A stretch of 64,000 nt of DNA, taken from the NCBI GenBank assembly GCA_016744065.1, contig JADGFA010000010.1, positions 21,146 to 85,145 on the forward strand. The letters run 5' to 3'. Below the pieces are notes generated by a model, which worked only from the letters and a program-made list of their open reading frames with translations, had not been told where the DNA came from and ran no database searches. This document shows positions 30,154 to 41,325 of the stretch, piece by piece (position 1 is the first letter of the stretch; the number at the start of each line of letters is the position of its first letter). This DNA comes from Gammaproteobacteria bacterium. Its GTDB lineage: Bacteria; Pseudomonadota; Gammaproteobacteria; SZUA-229. A program made the translations under genes and the position numbers.

Positions 30154-30258
30154 TATTTTTAGCCCTTGTTAAATTGATACTGTTAAATTGATATTAATGA
30201 GTCGATTAATGGGATATTTTTATCACATCGATTATAACAGCTTGATCTAAACTGTGGT

Positions 30259-31329
30259 TTATTGTTTTAACGCCTGTTTAATAAGCAAATTATCAATATC
30301 ACCATGGCGTACATTTATACCGTTTTGCAGGTTTTTATCTAACGACCAGTTATCTTCACATAAGCGCTGCACATATGGCAAAATCACCGCTGATAACGCC
30401 TGAGAAGCTGTTCTGGGTACCGCTCCCGGCATATTCGTTACTCCAAAATGAAGTACATTGTGTTTAAAATAAGTTGGATCACTATAGTTTGTCGGCCTGA
30501 TAGTTTCAATACAGCCTCCCTGATCTACAGAAATATCAATAATAACACTGCCAGGTTGCATGCATTTCACCTGTGATTCAGATACCAGCCTGGGTGCATG
30601 TAAACCCGGTAATAATACCGCACCAATGAGTAAATCAGCTTCATTTACTGCTTTAGCAATACTGATCTCAGAGGATAATTCGCCACTTATGTTTTTATGC
30701 ATACGGGTCAGTGGTGCAAAACGTGACTCATCCTGATCAATCAGCGTAACCCGGGCACCTGTAGCCGCAGCCTGACGAGCAGCAGCGCCTCCTGCGACAC
30801 CCGCCCCCAGCACCACCACATGCCCCGGCTCCGTTGTCGATAAGCCCCCCAGCATTAACCCCTTACCACCCTGGGGTTGATGTAATAAATGTGTGCCTAT
30901 CTGCACAGATAATGTACCTGCGATTTCACTCATGGGTTTAAGCAAGGGCAATCGCCCTGCCTTATCTGTAACCGTTTCAAAAGCAATGGCTGTTAATCCA
31001 ATATCACAAAGGCGATGAGTCAATGACAGATTGGCCGCTAAATGCAGATAACAGAATAGAATATGATTTTTACGTAAATGCTGGAGATCATCTTCAACCG
31101 GCTCTTTAACCTTAACGATTAAACAGGCAGACGCATATAACTCAGACGCATTTGATTTAATAAGCACGCCACGGGCGCTGTATTCTTCATCTCTGTATCC
31201 GCTAAGCTCTCCGGCGCCTGATTCAATATACACTTCATTACCCTGACGAGTTAATGCTGCACAGGCTTCAGGGGTAAGCGCCACTCGACCTTCCAGGACT
31301 TTTCTTTCTTTTGGAATTCCTATCTTCAT
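30259..31329 (-). CDS. ald: Alanine dehydrogenase
   Basis: 356 aa. Co-linear with Ald: MKIGIPKE..., KVKEP, LLPLLKPMSEIAG, NAD-binding VVVLGAGVAGGAAA, VDQGGC, NMPGAVPRT. Confidence 0.9.
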   Translation of the reverse strand: MKIGIPKERKVLEGRVALTPEACAALTRQGNEVYIESGAGELSGYRDEEYSARGVLIKSNASELYASACLIVKVKEPVEDDLQHLRKNHILFCYLHLAANLSLTHRLCDIGLTAIAFETVTDKAGRLPLLKPMSEIAGTLSVQIGTHLLHQPQGGKGLMLGGLSTTEPGHVVVLGAGVAGGAAARQAAATGARVTLIDQDESRFAPLTRMHKNISGELSSEISIAKAVNEADLLIGAVLLPGLHAPRLVSESQVKCMQPGSVIIDISVDQGGCIETIRPTNYSDPTYFKHNVLHFGVTNMPGAVPRTASQALSAVILPYVQRLCEDNWSLDKNLQNGINVRHGDIDNLLIKQALKQ

Positions 31330-31533
31330 ATGTTAATTATAGCCATAAGTGAAAAGCCTTATATCGATATGCCTAACAAATTATCACTTTAAACAGACTG
31401 ACCTTCAACCTTGCAGAGCAGGTCAACATATTAAATATTTCTATCGATTTAGCCTTTTACAACCTAAAATGATTGTTTTTGACTTACACTTCAAAAGACC
31501 CAGACTTCTTTCTTATGACTAAAGATTCCTTAA

Positions 31534-32547
<1,014 letters not shown>

Positions 32548-32571
32548 TTTATCAAACGCACTGTTAAGATC

Positions 32572-32618
32572 ATGACTAACCCCTGTACAGGCTATTCAGG
32601 GGGTTAGTCATATTTGTA
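32572..32618 (+). terminator. Terminator-like hairpin downstream of trxB
   Basis: atgactaacccctg...cagggggttagtcat forms a ~14-bp stem (one bulged G), followed by a T-containing tract (atttgt). The U-tract is weak. Confidence 0.35.
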
Positions 32619-32644
32619 AGCACAGGCTTACAAAAGGTAAAACC

Positions 32645-33757
32645 ATGCAACTCAGCATAGCTGAATCACTTAAAGATATTCCTGAAGACCAATGGAATAT
32701 TCTAGCTGATGACAGCAACCCTTTCATTCAATACGAATTTCTGTATGCTTTTGAAACAGGCCAGTGTCTGGAAAAATTTGGCTGGTTCCCAAGGTATTTT
32801 CTAATTCATTCAGATAAGCATGAATTAATTGGCGCAATGCCCGCTTATGAAAAGCACAACTCATACGGTGAGTTTGTTTTCGACTGGGCATGGGCTGATG
32901 CCTATCAACGATCCGGACTAAACTATTACCCCAAACTGGTTATTTCAATTCCCTACTCACCCTGCCAGGGCCCAAGACTTTTAGCTAAAAATAATGACCC
33001 TGAAATTAAAGACATTCTAGTTAAATTTGCTCTGGATTTTTCTAAAAAAAATAACTATTCGGGTATTCACTGGTTATTTAATTTAGAAAATGATTTTAAA
33101 ACTTTACAACAGCATACACAATTAACAAGATTTGATTATCAGTTTCACTGGACAAACCATAATTATAAAAATTTCGATGATTTTTTAAGTCAGTTAAAAT
33201 CAAAAAAAAGAAAAAACATAAAACAGGAACGACGCAAAGTCAGTGATCAGGACATTATCATAAAAACCTTTAACGGCTCTCAGCTCGATGATTCACAATG
33301 GGAAAAGATTTATTATTTTTATCAGGTTACTTTTATGAAAAAGTCAGGCTCACCTACACTCAGCCTGGCATTTTTTAAAGCCATTGCTGATAAATTATTA
33401 ATTATTTTTGCTTACCACCAGAATAAAACAGTGGCGGGCGCCATCTGTATTTTAGGAAAAGACACTTTGTATGGCCGGCACTGGGGCTGCTACGATGAAT
33501 ATGACAGTCTGCATTTTGAAGTTTGCTATTACACCGGCATTGAATATTGCATTAAACACGGCATAAAAACATTTGAACCTGGTGCTCAGGGTGAACATAA
33601 AATATCCCGTGGCTTTTTACCGGTTAAAACCTGGTCTGCTCACTGGATTTCACACCCTGAATTTAATCGTATGCTGATTCCTCACCTGCAAAGAGAAAAC
33701 CAGGCTTTAGAAGAGTATGGTAAAGAACTTATAAACGCATCGCCGTTTAAAAACTAA
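32645..33757 (+). CDS. FemAB-like / GNAT-fold protein (DUF482-type)
   Basis: 370 aa cytoplasmic protein. Size and trxB-adjacent context are reminiscent of the proteobacterial FemAB-like DUF482 family. Assignment by recollection only. Confidence 0.35.
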   Translation: MQLSIAESLKDIPEDQWNILADDSNPFIQYEFLYAFETGQCLEKFGWFPRYFLIHSDKHELIGAMPAYEKHNSYGEFVFDWAWADAYQRSGLNYYPKLVISIPYSPCQGPRLLAKNNDPEIKDILVKFALDFSKKNNYSGIHWLFNLENDFKTLQQHTQLTRFDYQFHWTNHNYKNFDDFLSQLKSKKRKNIKQERRKVSDQDIIIKTFNGSQLDDSQWEKIYYFYQVTFMKKSGSPTLSLAFFKAIADKLLIIFAYHQNKTVAGAICILGKDTLYGRHWGCYDEYDSLHFEVCYYTGIEYCIKHGIKTFEPGAQGEHKISRGFLPVKTWSAHWISHPEFNRMLIPHLQRENQALEEYGKELINASPFKN

Positions 33758-33837
33758 GGCTGTGAATTAATTCACATCAAATTACCTGAAAAACATGTTA
33801 GCCTGTAATCTGTATTTAAGTGTGTGAAGTTTTGCGT

Positions 33838-34599
33838 ATGAAAAAAATCAGTGCCCTCCTTGCCAGCCTGCCTTTAATTACTACAGCCTGCGGCGGCGGT
33901 GGTGGCGGATCAGGCACCACATCAACTCCTACCTCTGTTGCATCAATAGACCTGGCACCATTAAAAGGTATCTGGTCGGAAACGGGTATCCAGACCTACA
34001 CCTCACCCTCAGGGCAGGTAACAGAATTCCAGGCTCCTACTGCGCTGGTAAGCAGTCAGGAAGATATGATTATTCTGACTGGCGAATCTGAGCTTTATAT
34101 AATTGAAGCGGGTACCAATACAGCATATTATTTTAAAAGCTTTTCCTTCATTACAGAAATAACACCCGAAACCAGTTTAGATAATAGCAAGTTTAAATTT
34201 AACTACTACAACCCTAAACGCGAAGCAAATGGAAGTGTTAGCATTTCTGGCGATGGGCATTATGACGTTGCTATGAATTTAAATAGCCTTGCGGGCACCT
34301 GGGATGATAGCTACTCAAACATAGACAACTGGTCCTTTATTATCGCGACCGATGGCAGCTTCACTGCAAGTAGAAATGGCGGTTGCACGGCTGAGGGCAA
34401 TCTGTCTAATATTGATCCATCCAAGAGTGAATTATCTGTCAGCATTACTTTCATAAGCGGTTGCTCAACATTAACGGGAACACACACCGGACTTGCCTGG
34501 CCAGATGAAGTCAGCCCCAATACAATTATGAATATGGCTGTTTACAGCGCTCTGGATACCAGTGGAAAAGCCATTGGCTGGAAGCTAAATAAACAGTAG
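33838..34599 (+). CDS. Lipoprotein with poly-Gly/Ser-Thr linker, function unknown
   Basis: Start placed at MKKISALLASLPLITTACGGGGGGSG (lipobox ITTAC), followed by a flexible G/S/T linker and a ~220-aa domain. Confidence 0.55.
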   Translation: MKKISALLASLPLITTACGGGGGGSGTTSTPTSVASIDLAPLKGIWSETGIQTYTSPSGQVTEFQAPTALVSSQEDMIILTGESELYIIEAGTNTAYYFKSFSFITEITPETSLDNSKFKFNYYNPKREANGSVSISGDGHYDVAMNLNSLAGTWDDSYSNIDNWSFIIATDGSFTASRNGGCTAEGNLSNIDPSKSELSVSITFISGCSTLTGTHTGLAWPDEVSPNTIMNMAVYSALDTSGKAIGWKLNKQ

Positions 34600-34666
34600 C
34601 TGTAGATTAATATGCTTTGAATAGATATTAAATAGCATCTATAAAAGCAACAGACTTACAATGAAT

Positions 34667-35974
34667 TTATTCTTTTTTAGCAAATAGTTTTTTATCATCC
34701 GGTAAAAAATTATTTGCTAATGTTGTATATATAGGCGTTTTACAAATTGACTTGGATATGCCCGTGGCAATAAATGCGGTCACCATCAATGGCATAATTA
34801 ATTCATGCTGATCTGTCATTTCCATTACAATAACAAACGCGGTAATGGGTGCCTGAACAACACCTGCAAAATACCCCACCATGGCAAATAATATTATTGC
34901 ACCGTAGGGGTAATTAACTAACCACTCAGATATATGAACACCAATACCCGCCCCGGTTGCTAATGATGGGGCAAATATCCCCCCGGGAATGCCACTCAGG
35001 TATGACACGACCGTTGCCAGTAACTTTAAATAGCCATAGTCTGCTGTTATTTCACCCGTATTATCCATTATGGCCTTGGCTTCTTCATAACCACTTCCAT
35101 AGGTTAAATTTCCTGAATAAAAACCAATAACAGCAATACCCAGGCCACATAAACCCGCTACAACATACGGATTTTGATTTCTAAAAGGTGAAACCAGGCG
35201 CCCCCCATGAATTAACATCAAGCTGAATACACCACCCAGCAAGCCACAAATAACGCCGCAGACAAGTACGGGAATAACTGCATTTTCTAATTCAATAGTT
35301 GCACTGGTACTACCAAAATAGGTGTAATCACCTAAAATAGCGATTGCAACAATTGCCGCAACCATAACACCCGCCAGCATAAGGCCACGGGTACGCACCT
35401 CAAATGAACGACTTAATTCTTCTATTGCAAATACAATACCCGCTAAAGGTGTATTAAAAGCAGCCGCAACCCCCGCCGCTCCACCAGCAATAATTAATAC
35501 ACGCTCCATATCATAAATACGAAAACGCACAAAGCGACGTAATGAAAACATAATAGCCGCACCAACATGAACCGTTGGGCCTTCACGACCAATAGATGCA
35601 CCACTTAATAAACCGAGAATACACAACATGACTTTGCCAAAAGCAATGCGCATCGTTAATAAAACACTGCGCTCTTTCTCATGCCCCAGCTCAAGTGTTG
35701 CAACAACCTGGGGAATACCACTGCCCTCTGCTCCGGGAAAATATTTTCGCGTAAGAAAAACAATTAAAATTAAACCCAGTGGTGAGATAACAAAAGGTAA
35801 GTAACTGTTTTTTTCAACCAGATGAAAAAAAGTATGATTTGCCCAGTCACTTGATATCGCCATAAACACAGCAACCAGGCCAACCGCTGCACCGCCTGAC
35901 ATAAAAACTAAATTAGCTTTCCAGTCTTTATGTGAAATGAGCCAACGACCCGAATGTTTAATGTGTTTACGCAT
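34667..35974 (-). CDS. ClC family chloride channel / H+-Cl- antiporter
   Basis: 435 aa polytopic membrane protein. Canonical selectivity-filter motifs GSGIP and GREGPTVHVGAA (so not a CLC-F fluoride variant). Confidence 0.85.
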   Translation of the reverse strand: MRKHIKHSGRWLISHKDWKANLVFMSGGAAVGLVAVFMAISSDWANHTFFHLVEKNSYLPFVISPLGLILIVFLTRKYFPGAEGSGIPQVVATLELGHEKERSVLLTMRIAFGKVMLCILGLLSGASIGREGPTVHVGAAIMFSLRRFVRFRIYDMERVLIIAGGAAGVAAAFNTPLAGIVFAIEELSRSFEVRTRGLMLAGVMVAAIVAIAILGDYTYFGSTSATIELENAVIPVLVCGVICGLLGGVFSLMLIHGGRLVSPFRNQNPYVVAGLCGLGIAVIGFYSGNLTYGSGYEEAKAIMDNTGEITADYGYLKLLATVVSYLSGIPGGIFAPSLATGAGIGVHISEWLVNYPYGAIILFAMVGYFAGVVQAPITAFVIVMEMTDQHELIMPLMVTAFIATGISKSICKTPIYTTLANNFLPDDKKLFAKKE

Positions 35975-36133
35975 AAGAATTTTTTGTGTGTTTCAGGTTT
36001 ATACAACAGAGCACGGATATAAATGCAAACTGGTAAACATATGAATTATATATAAAAACATCAAACAGCACTGGTGCCTGATGACATTATTTAAAACAGA
36101 CATATTACACTAATATGACAATGACTGTATATT

Positions 36134-36517
36134 TTGCACTCAATTTCATCATCTATAACTAAGGACTCTTATTTATCCCTTTTAAATATTTTAATAATTT
36201 CTCTTATTTTTAGCTCGATATTTTTCTTCAGTTTCATTATTATGTCTAGCATGAAACGCCTTTACATCATTACGCTTACTTTTATCATACTGCTTAGCCA
36301 GTTGGGCGTTATTGAGCATACTTATCATAAACACACACCCGATGAGACATGTGAATACTGCTTAAGTGCCCAGCCACTTGATAGTGCAGTTTTAACGGCT
36401 GATTTTATATTTCCTTTCACTCACCCTTTTTCTCTAACCAGTCAATCAACTTTAATATTATTTACCCAGCCTCATTTTAATCATTATAGTGCCCGTGCAC
36501 CTCCACATATTATCTAA
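36134..36517 (+). CDS. Small membrane-anchored hypothetical protein with His/Cys cluster (HTYHKHTPDETCEYC)
   Basis: Hydrophobic helix followed by a His/Cys-rich stretch. True start may be an internal Met (MSSMKRLY...). Sits upstream of a metal-transport-like cluster. Weak call. Confidence 0.25.
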   Translation: MHSISSSITKDSYLSLLNILIISLIFSSIFFFSFIIMSSMKRLYIITLTFIILLSQLGVIEHTYHKHTPDETCEYCLSAQPLDSAVLTADFIFPFTHPFSLTSQSTLILFTQPHFNHYSARAPPHII

Positions 36518-36543
36518 ATCATATCAGGGAAGCTTCTGATCAC

Positions 36544-36559
36544 ACGTAATATATTACGT
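36544..36559. promoter_or_regulatory. Perfect 16-bp palindrome ACGTAATATATTACGT upstream of the barrel/ZnuA-like operon
   Basis: Self-complementary sequence read directly. About 200 bp upstream of the ATG at 36763. It is not a canonical Zur or Fur box. Confidence 0.3.
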
Positions 36560-36762
36560 CAGTAAAAGCTCAGCTATTTTTCTCGAAATTTATCGCCATC
36601 AGGTGGAGCAATCCATCATTCGTTTACTGTGGTTGCTTAATTTCATAAAAATATGAACGCATTAACCTCTGCCTGACTCAACCAGGCTGAGGTAAGCCTC
36701 CCTGAACAAGTTCGTTTATAAAAACGAATATTTTAATTTTTTTGATTCAGGTAGTAACTTAT

Positions 36763-37986
36763 ATGAAATTACAATCTACACTTTTAGGCACATTAGCCAT
36801 AACAATTGGCATGAACTATTACCCGCTTGCATTCGGACAGACTGGCAACAGTTTAAACCCTGACATTAGCCTTACACTGGATGGCCGTTACACTCATTAC
36901 AACAACGACAGTGGCTACGAATTGCCCGGATTTATGCTCGGCGGAGAAGCCGGCCGGGAAACTCAGGGCTTTTCTATAGGCCACAATGAACTCAGCATCA
37001 GCTCATATATTGATGATATGTTTTATGGCAAACTCAATACCGTTATTGCTGACCACGCAGGTGAAACCGAAGTAGAGTTAGAAGAAGCCTTTATTGAGGC
37101 GCCAGGAATAGGCCATGGCTTTACAGTAAAAGGCGGACGTTTTTTTTCTGATATCGGTTATTTAAATAATCAACATGCCCACAGTTGGGATTTTACTGAC
37201 GCACCATTAATTTATCGTGGTTTATTTGGTAATCAACTCATAGACGATGGAATACAGATTAGCTGGTTAGCCCCAACGGATATATTTTTAAAACTGGGTG
37301 CTGAGGTCACAAGAGGTGGACGTTTTCCCGCAGGCGGTGCCACGAATAAAGGAAGAGGCGCCCACACTGTATTTATTAAACTGGGAGGTGATGCTGGGTC
37401 AGACCATGCCTGGCAACTTGGTTTTTCTCACTGGGCCGCAGATATAGAAGAGCGCACCTCTGCCAGCCATAGCCATGGACATGCATCTGAGGAAGCAACA
37501 GAAACCCCTGCCTTTAGCGGTGATAGCAAAGTGAGTGGCGTTGATTTTATATGGAAATGGGCACCCAATGGTAATAGCAGAGAACAAAACTTTAAAATCC
37601 AGGCAGAATACTTTACCCGTGATGAAACCGGTTCAATTGAAATGTTAGGCAGCAGCCCTGCTGAAGCATCTAGCTATGATGGAAAACAGTCTGGCTGGTA
37701 CTTACAGGGTGTTTACCAGTTTCAACCTCGTTGGCGATTAGCTTATCGGTTTGACCAGCTTGAAGCAGATAATCGTGGTGACGATATGGATGTGCTAACA
37801 GAGGCGGGGTTAAATGATGAAGACCATACCCCCGAACGTTCAACTATTATGCTGGACTACTCCCACAGTGAATATAGCCGCCTTCGCCTGCAATATGCAA
37901 AAGATGACTCATATGAAGATACTGACAACGTAATCTCCTTTCAATACATTATGACATTAGGCGCTCACGGTGCTCACCGCTTTTAA
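36763..37986 (+). CDS. Outer-membrane beta-barrel (porin-like) with His-rich loop
   Basis: Start at MKLQSTLLGTLAITIGMNYYPLAFG (signal peptide). C-terminal ...GAHRF with terminal Phe is typical of OM barrels. His-rich loop SASHSHGHASEEATE. Co-transcribed with a ZnuA-like SBP. Confidence 0.55.
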   Translation: MKLQSTLLGTLAITIGMNYYPLAFGQTGNSLNPDISLTLDGRYTHYNNDSGYELPGFMLGGEAGRETQGFSIGHNELSISSYIDDMFYGKLNTVIADHAGETEVELEEAFIEAPGIGHGFTVKGGRFFSDIGYLNNQHAHSWDFTDAPLIYRGLFGNQLIDDGIQISWLAPTDIFLKLGAEVTRGGRFPAGGATNKGRGAHTVFIKLGGDAGSDHAWQLGFSHWAADIEERTSASHSHGHASEEATETPAFSGDSKVSGVDFIWKWAPNGNSREQNFKIQAEYFTRDETGSIEMLGSSPAEASSYDGKQSGWYLQGVYQFQPRWRLAYRFDQLEADNRGDDMDVLTEAGLNDEDHTPERSTIMLDYSHSEYSRLRLQYAKDDSYEDTDNVISFQYIMTLGAHGAHRF

Positions 37987-37996
37987 GGAAAAACGA

Positions 37997-38926
37997 ATGA
38001 AAAAATTTATCACACTCTTTTCTATGAGTTTATTATTTTTAATTAGCTCACCAGGTAATGCGTCTTTAAATGTTTTTGCCTGTGAGCCTGAATGGGCTTC
38101 TCTGGCTAAGGAATTAGGCGGCGATCATTTAAATATTAACACTGCAACCAATGCCTTTCAGGACCCACACCATATTGAAGCCCGGCCCAGCTTAATAGCA
38201 AAAGTGCGGCGTGCAGATTTAATTATCTGTAGTGGTGCTGATCTGGAAATAGGCTGGTTACCCATGTTATTAAGACAGGCTGGTAACAGTAAAGTGCTTC
38301 CCGGAAAAACGGGATATTTTGAAACAGCTTTAGAAGTTACACGGCTGGATATTCCAACAGAAATAAGTCGAAATCTGGGGGATATTCATGCCGCGGGTAA
38401 CCCCCATGTACATCTGGACCCACGAAGATTACAGGTTATTGCTGAATCATTATTAATGCGACTGATAGAAATAAACCCTGAAAACAAAAGTGACTATCAG
38501 AAACGTTACCATCATTTTAAACAACGCTGGCAACAGGCTATAAGTAAGTGGCAGGATAAAGCTAAAGTATTAAATAGTGCACGCATTGTTATTCATCACA
38601 GGGACTGGGTCTACTTATTTGACTGGCTGGGTATTGAAATTGCCGGGGCACTGGAACCCAGACCCGGACTACCCACGACAGCAGCACATCTATTCTCATT
38701 AAAAAAGACTTTAATAGAAAACCCTGCATTAATGATTATACATGCGCCTCATCAAAGTCCGCGTGCTGCAAAACGTCTTTCAGCGATGCTTGATTTACCC
38801 GTGATTGAGTTGCCTTACACGGTTGGCAGTACACCACAGACTCAGAACCTGTTTGACTTATTTGATGCTATTTTAGAAACACTCATACAGGAAAAACTGA
38901 AAAAAAACATTGATGGGCCAGCATGA
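37997..38926 (+). CDS. Metal (Zn/Mn) ABC transporter substrate-binding protein, ZnuA/TroA cluster A-I family
   Basis: Start placed at ATG 37997 after an AAGGA RBS. Signal peptide present. DPHHIEARPS...ADLIICSGADLEIGWLP parallels ZnuA metal-coordination segments. Confidence 0.65.
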   Translation: MKKFITLFSMSLLFLISSPGNASLNVFACEPEWASLAKELGGDHLNINTATNAFQDPHHIEARPSLIAKVRRADLIICSGADLEIGWLPMLLRQAGNSKVLPGKTGYFETALEVTRLDIPTEISRNLGDIHAAGNPHVHLDPRRLQVIAESLLMRLIEINPENKSDYQKRYHHFKQRWQQAISKWQDKAKVLNSARIVIHHRDWVYLFDWLGIEIAGALEPRPGLPTTAAHLFSLKKTLIENPALMIIHAPHQSPRAAKRLSAMLDLPVIELPYTVGSTPQTQNLFDLFDAILETLIQEKLKKNIDGPA

Positions 38927-39690
38927 ACGAAATACTAATGGATTTAGACATTCTCGGCCCAGCGCTACTAACAGGTATATTAGTCACAGCCACCCATGTC
39001 CCTCTGGGGCAGCGGGTGTTACAACGTGGCATTATTTTCCTTGACCTGGCAGTAGCGCAAATTGCCGGACTCGGTATTATCATCGCTTATAGCTTTCACC
39101 TGCAACCTGGTGGCTGGCAAGTGCAACTCATCGCTATGCTGGCAGCTATATCCGGTGTGATATTACTTAATTTCACCGAACGACACTGGCCAGATATACA
39201 GGAAGCCCTTATCGGTTCTTTATTTGTATTAGCCTCCAGTGGCAGCATTTTATTACTCACAGCTAACCCCCATGGGGGGGAGCAACTTAAAGAATTATTA
39301 ATCGGGCAAATTCTCTGGGTGACATATGATCAGCTTATTTTTGTTTCAATACTTTATGCAATAATTCTTGGGCTCTGGTTTAATTTATCTAAACACGCCT
39401 CAGCATTAAAATTTTATTTATTGTTTGCGATCACGATTACCGCATCTGTTCAGCTTATTGGTATTTACCTGGTATTTGCATCATTAATACTGCCCGCATT
39501 AGCCATAAGAAATATGTCAAAATATACAATAAGAATGGGGTATATCATCAGCGGATCAGCTTATATTCTTGGCTTAATACTGGCGGCAACATTTGATTTA
39601 CCAGCGGGTTCTGTCATTGTCTTTAGCCTTGCATTACTGGCGCTATTAACTGGTGCACTCATCGGTAAATATAAAAAACAAAAACTGTAA
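38923..39690 (+). CDS. Metal ABC transporter permease, ZnuB (ABC-3) family
   Basis: 255 aa with ~8 TM. Co-linear with E. coli ZnuB, including the C-terminal DLPAGSVIV (ZnuB: DTPAGPSVV). Overlaps the SBP stop by 4 bp. Confidence 0.7.
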   Translation: MNEILMDLDILGPALLTGILVTATHVPLGQRVLQRGIIFLDLAVAQIAGLGIIIAYSFHLQPGGWQVQLIAMLAAISGVILLNFTERHWPDIQEALIGSLFVLASSGSILLLTANPHGGEQLKELLIGQILWVTYDQLIFVSILYAIILGLWFNLSKHASALKFYLLFAITITASVQLIGIYLVFASLILPALAIRNMSKYTIRMGYIISGSAYILGLILAATFDLPAGSVIVFSLALLALLTGALIGKYKKQKL

Positions 39691-39697
39691 GCTGTTT

Positions 39698-40498
39698 TTA
39701 AACATCAGCCATCATTCTCTGAATCAGTTTTTTTACCATCTCACTTTCAAACGGTTTATCACAAATGCCTGAAACCCCTGCCTGCTCAACAGCAGCCAGG
39801 TTCCCCTGATCACCTTCGGAAGTAACCATTAAAACTGGTATTGAACGTTGGTTACTATTACCCCTGATATGCTCTAATAATGCTTTGCCATCCATCTTTG
39901 GCATATTATAATCTGTCACCACAAAATCAAAAAAATGATCATCTAACAAAGGAACCGCATTTGCACCATCATCTGCTTCGGTAATATGCTCTATTCCCAG
40001 GCCTTTTAATACACGTTTGATATGGTTTCTGGCCATGGCACTATCATCTACAATAAGCACTTTTAAATCTTCTACATTAAACTCACCCAGATCTAATGTA
40101 TCCGGATTTAAAATATCCAGCGTATTATATAAACCCCTCTTTAGCTGAGTAGAATTAAAGGGCTTAGGTAAAATTCCCGTAACACCTGCCTGCTTTATTG
40201 GATCAATATAATCAAAACCAGTTTCACTGGAAATAAGCATAAATGAGATATCAATAAGATCTTCATCATGACGCATTTTATGAACTAAATCTGTTGCCGT
40301 CATATCAGGCAAATGCATTGCGCTAATCACCAGATCAGGATTAAACTGACGCATGGTTTCCAATGCAGAACAACCATCAGCAACAATATCAAAATGGTTA
40401 ATACCCACTGCTTTCAATTCACGGTGTATAAATCTGGCCTGTGATTTAGAGGGCTCCACCATCAGCACATAAAGCTCTGTCAGCGATTTTTCATACAT
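39698..40498 (-). CDS. Response regulator with two tandem receiver domains, no output domain
   Basis: 266 aa. REC1 around VLMVEPSKSQ...SAMHLPDMT; REC2 around LIVDDSAMARNH...TDYNMPKMDG...DKPF. Confidence 0.7.
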   Translation of the reverse strand: MYEKSLTELYVLMVEPSKSQARFIHRELKAVGINHFDIVADGCSALETMRQFNPDLVISAMHLPDMTATDLVHKMRHDEDLIDISFMLISSETGFDYIDPIKQAGVTGILPKPFNSTQLKRGLYNTLDILNPDTLDLGEFNVEDLKVLIVDDSAMARNHIKRVLKGLGIEHITEADDGANAVPLLDDHFFDFVVTDYNMPKMDGKALLEHIRGNSNQRSIPVLMVTSEGDQGNLAAVEQAGVSGICDKPFESEMVKKLIQRMMADV

Positions 40499-40560
40499 TT
40501 AATTTGCTCAAAATAATTATTATCATTGTCTGAGTGTAGCAGTTCTCTTACACTCCACAG

Positions 40561-41286
40561 ATGATTTCATTACAATGGTTAGACTCCGCATCATCCGCTG
40601 CTTTTCCTGCGGTTGAAACAACACTCGATGAACCAGAAGGCTTGTTAGCTGCAGGGGGTGATCTTTCAACCGAACGGCTGGTACGCGCATATAAAGAAGG
40701 TATATTTCCCTGGTATAGCGCAGGGGAACCTATCTTATGGTGGTCACCTGATCCACGTTTTGTATTATTTCCTGAACAGATAAAGATAAGCCGCAGCCTG
40801 AGTAAAAACATACGCAATAATCATTTTGAAATTCGTATGGATACTGCATTTGAGCAGGTTATTTCACACTGTGGCAAGCAACCTCGAAAAGACCAGCCAG
40901 GCACATGGATTACCAATGAAATGCGCCAGGCATATATTGATATGCACCATAAAGGCCATGCTCATTGCGTTGAGTGCTGGAATGGTGATGAACTTGTAGG
41001 CGGCTTGTACGGTATGCACACAGGGCAGATATTTTGTGGTGAGTCGATGTTCAGCCGGGAAAGCAATGCTTCAAAAATTGCGCTGGTTTATCTTTGCCAG
41101 TTTTTACAGCATCATCACTTTAAAATAATTGACTCTCAGGTATATACCGAGCACCTGGAACGCCTGGGTGCGGTGATGATTTCACGAAATGAATACATTG
41201 AAACACTGCATCAACCCCATAAGGTGGATATGCCTGAAAACTGGAGTGAGTTATTTAGTCTTTATTTAAAAGAAAAACATAAATAA
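40561..41286 (+). CDS. aat: Leucyl/phenylalanyl-tRNA--protein transferase
   Basis: 241 aa. LLAAGGDLSTERLVRAYKEGIFPWY and SPDPRFVL match Aat signatures. Confidence 0.85.
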   Translation: MISLQWLDSASSAAFPAVETTLDEPEGLLAAGGDLSTERLVRAYKEGIFPWYSAGEPILWWSPDPRFVLFPEQIKISRSLSKNIRNNHFEIRMDTAFEQVISHCGKQPRKDQPGTWITNEMRQAYIDMHHKGHAHCVECWNGDELVGGLYGMHTGQIFCGESMFSRESNASKIALVYLCQFLQHHHFKIIDSQVYTEHLERLGAVMISRNEYIETLHQPHKVDMPENWSELFSLYLKEKHK

Positions 41287-41325
41287 ATATATTTCACTAT
41301 TCAGTAGTCAGGCATCAACTAGTTT

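Noticed and set aside
35975-36133. Possible fluoride riboswitch upstream of the ClC gene (a GGTGCCTGATGA-like string)
   Set aside because: The motif-like string is on the plus strand, while the ClC gene is on the minus strand. The ClC protein has the canonical GSGIP/GREGP chloride filter rather than the CLC-F variant. No convincing crcB-motif core was found on the correct strand.
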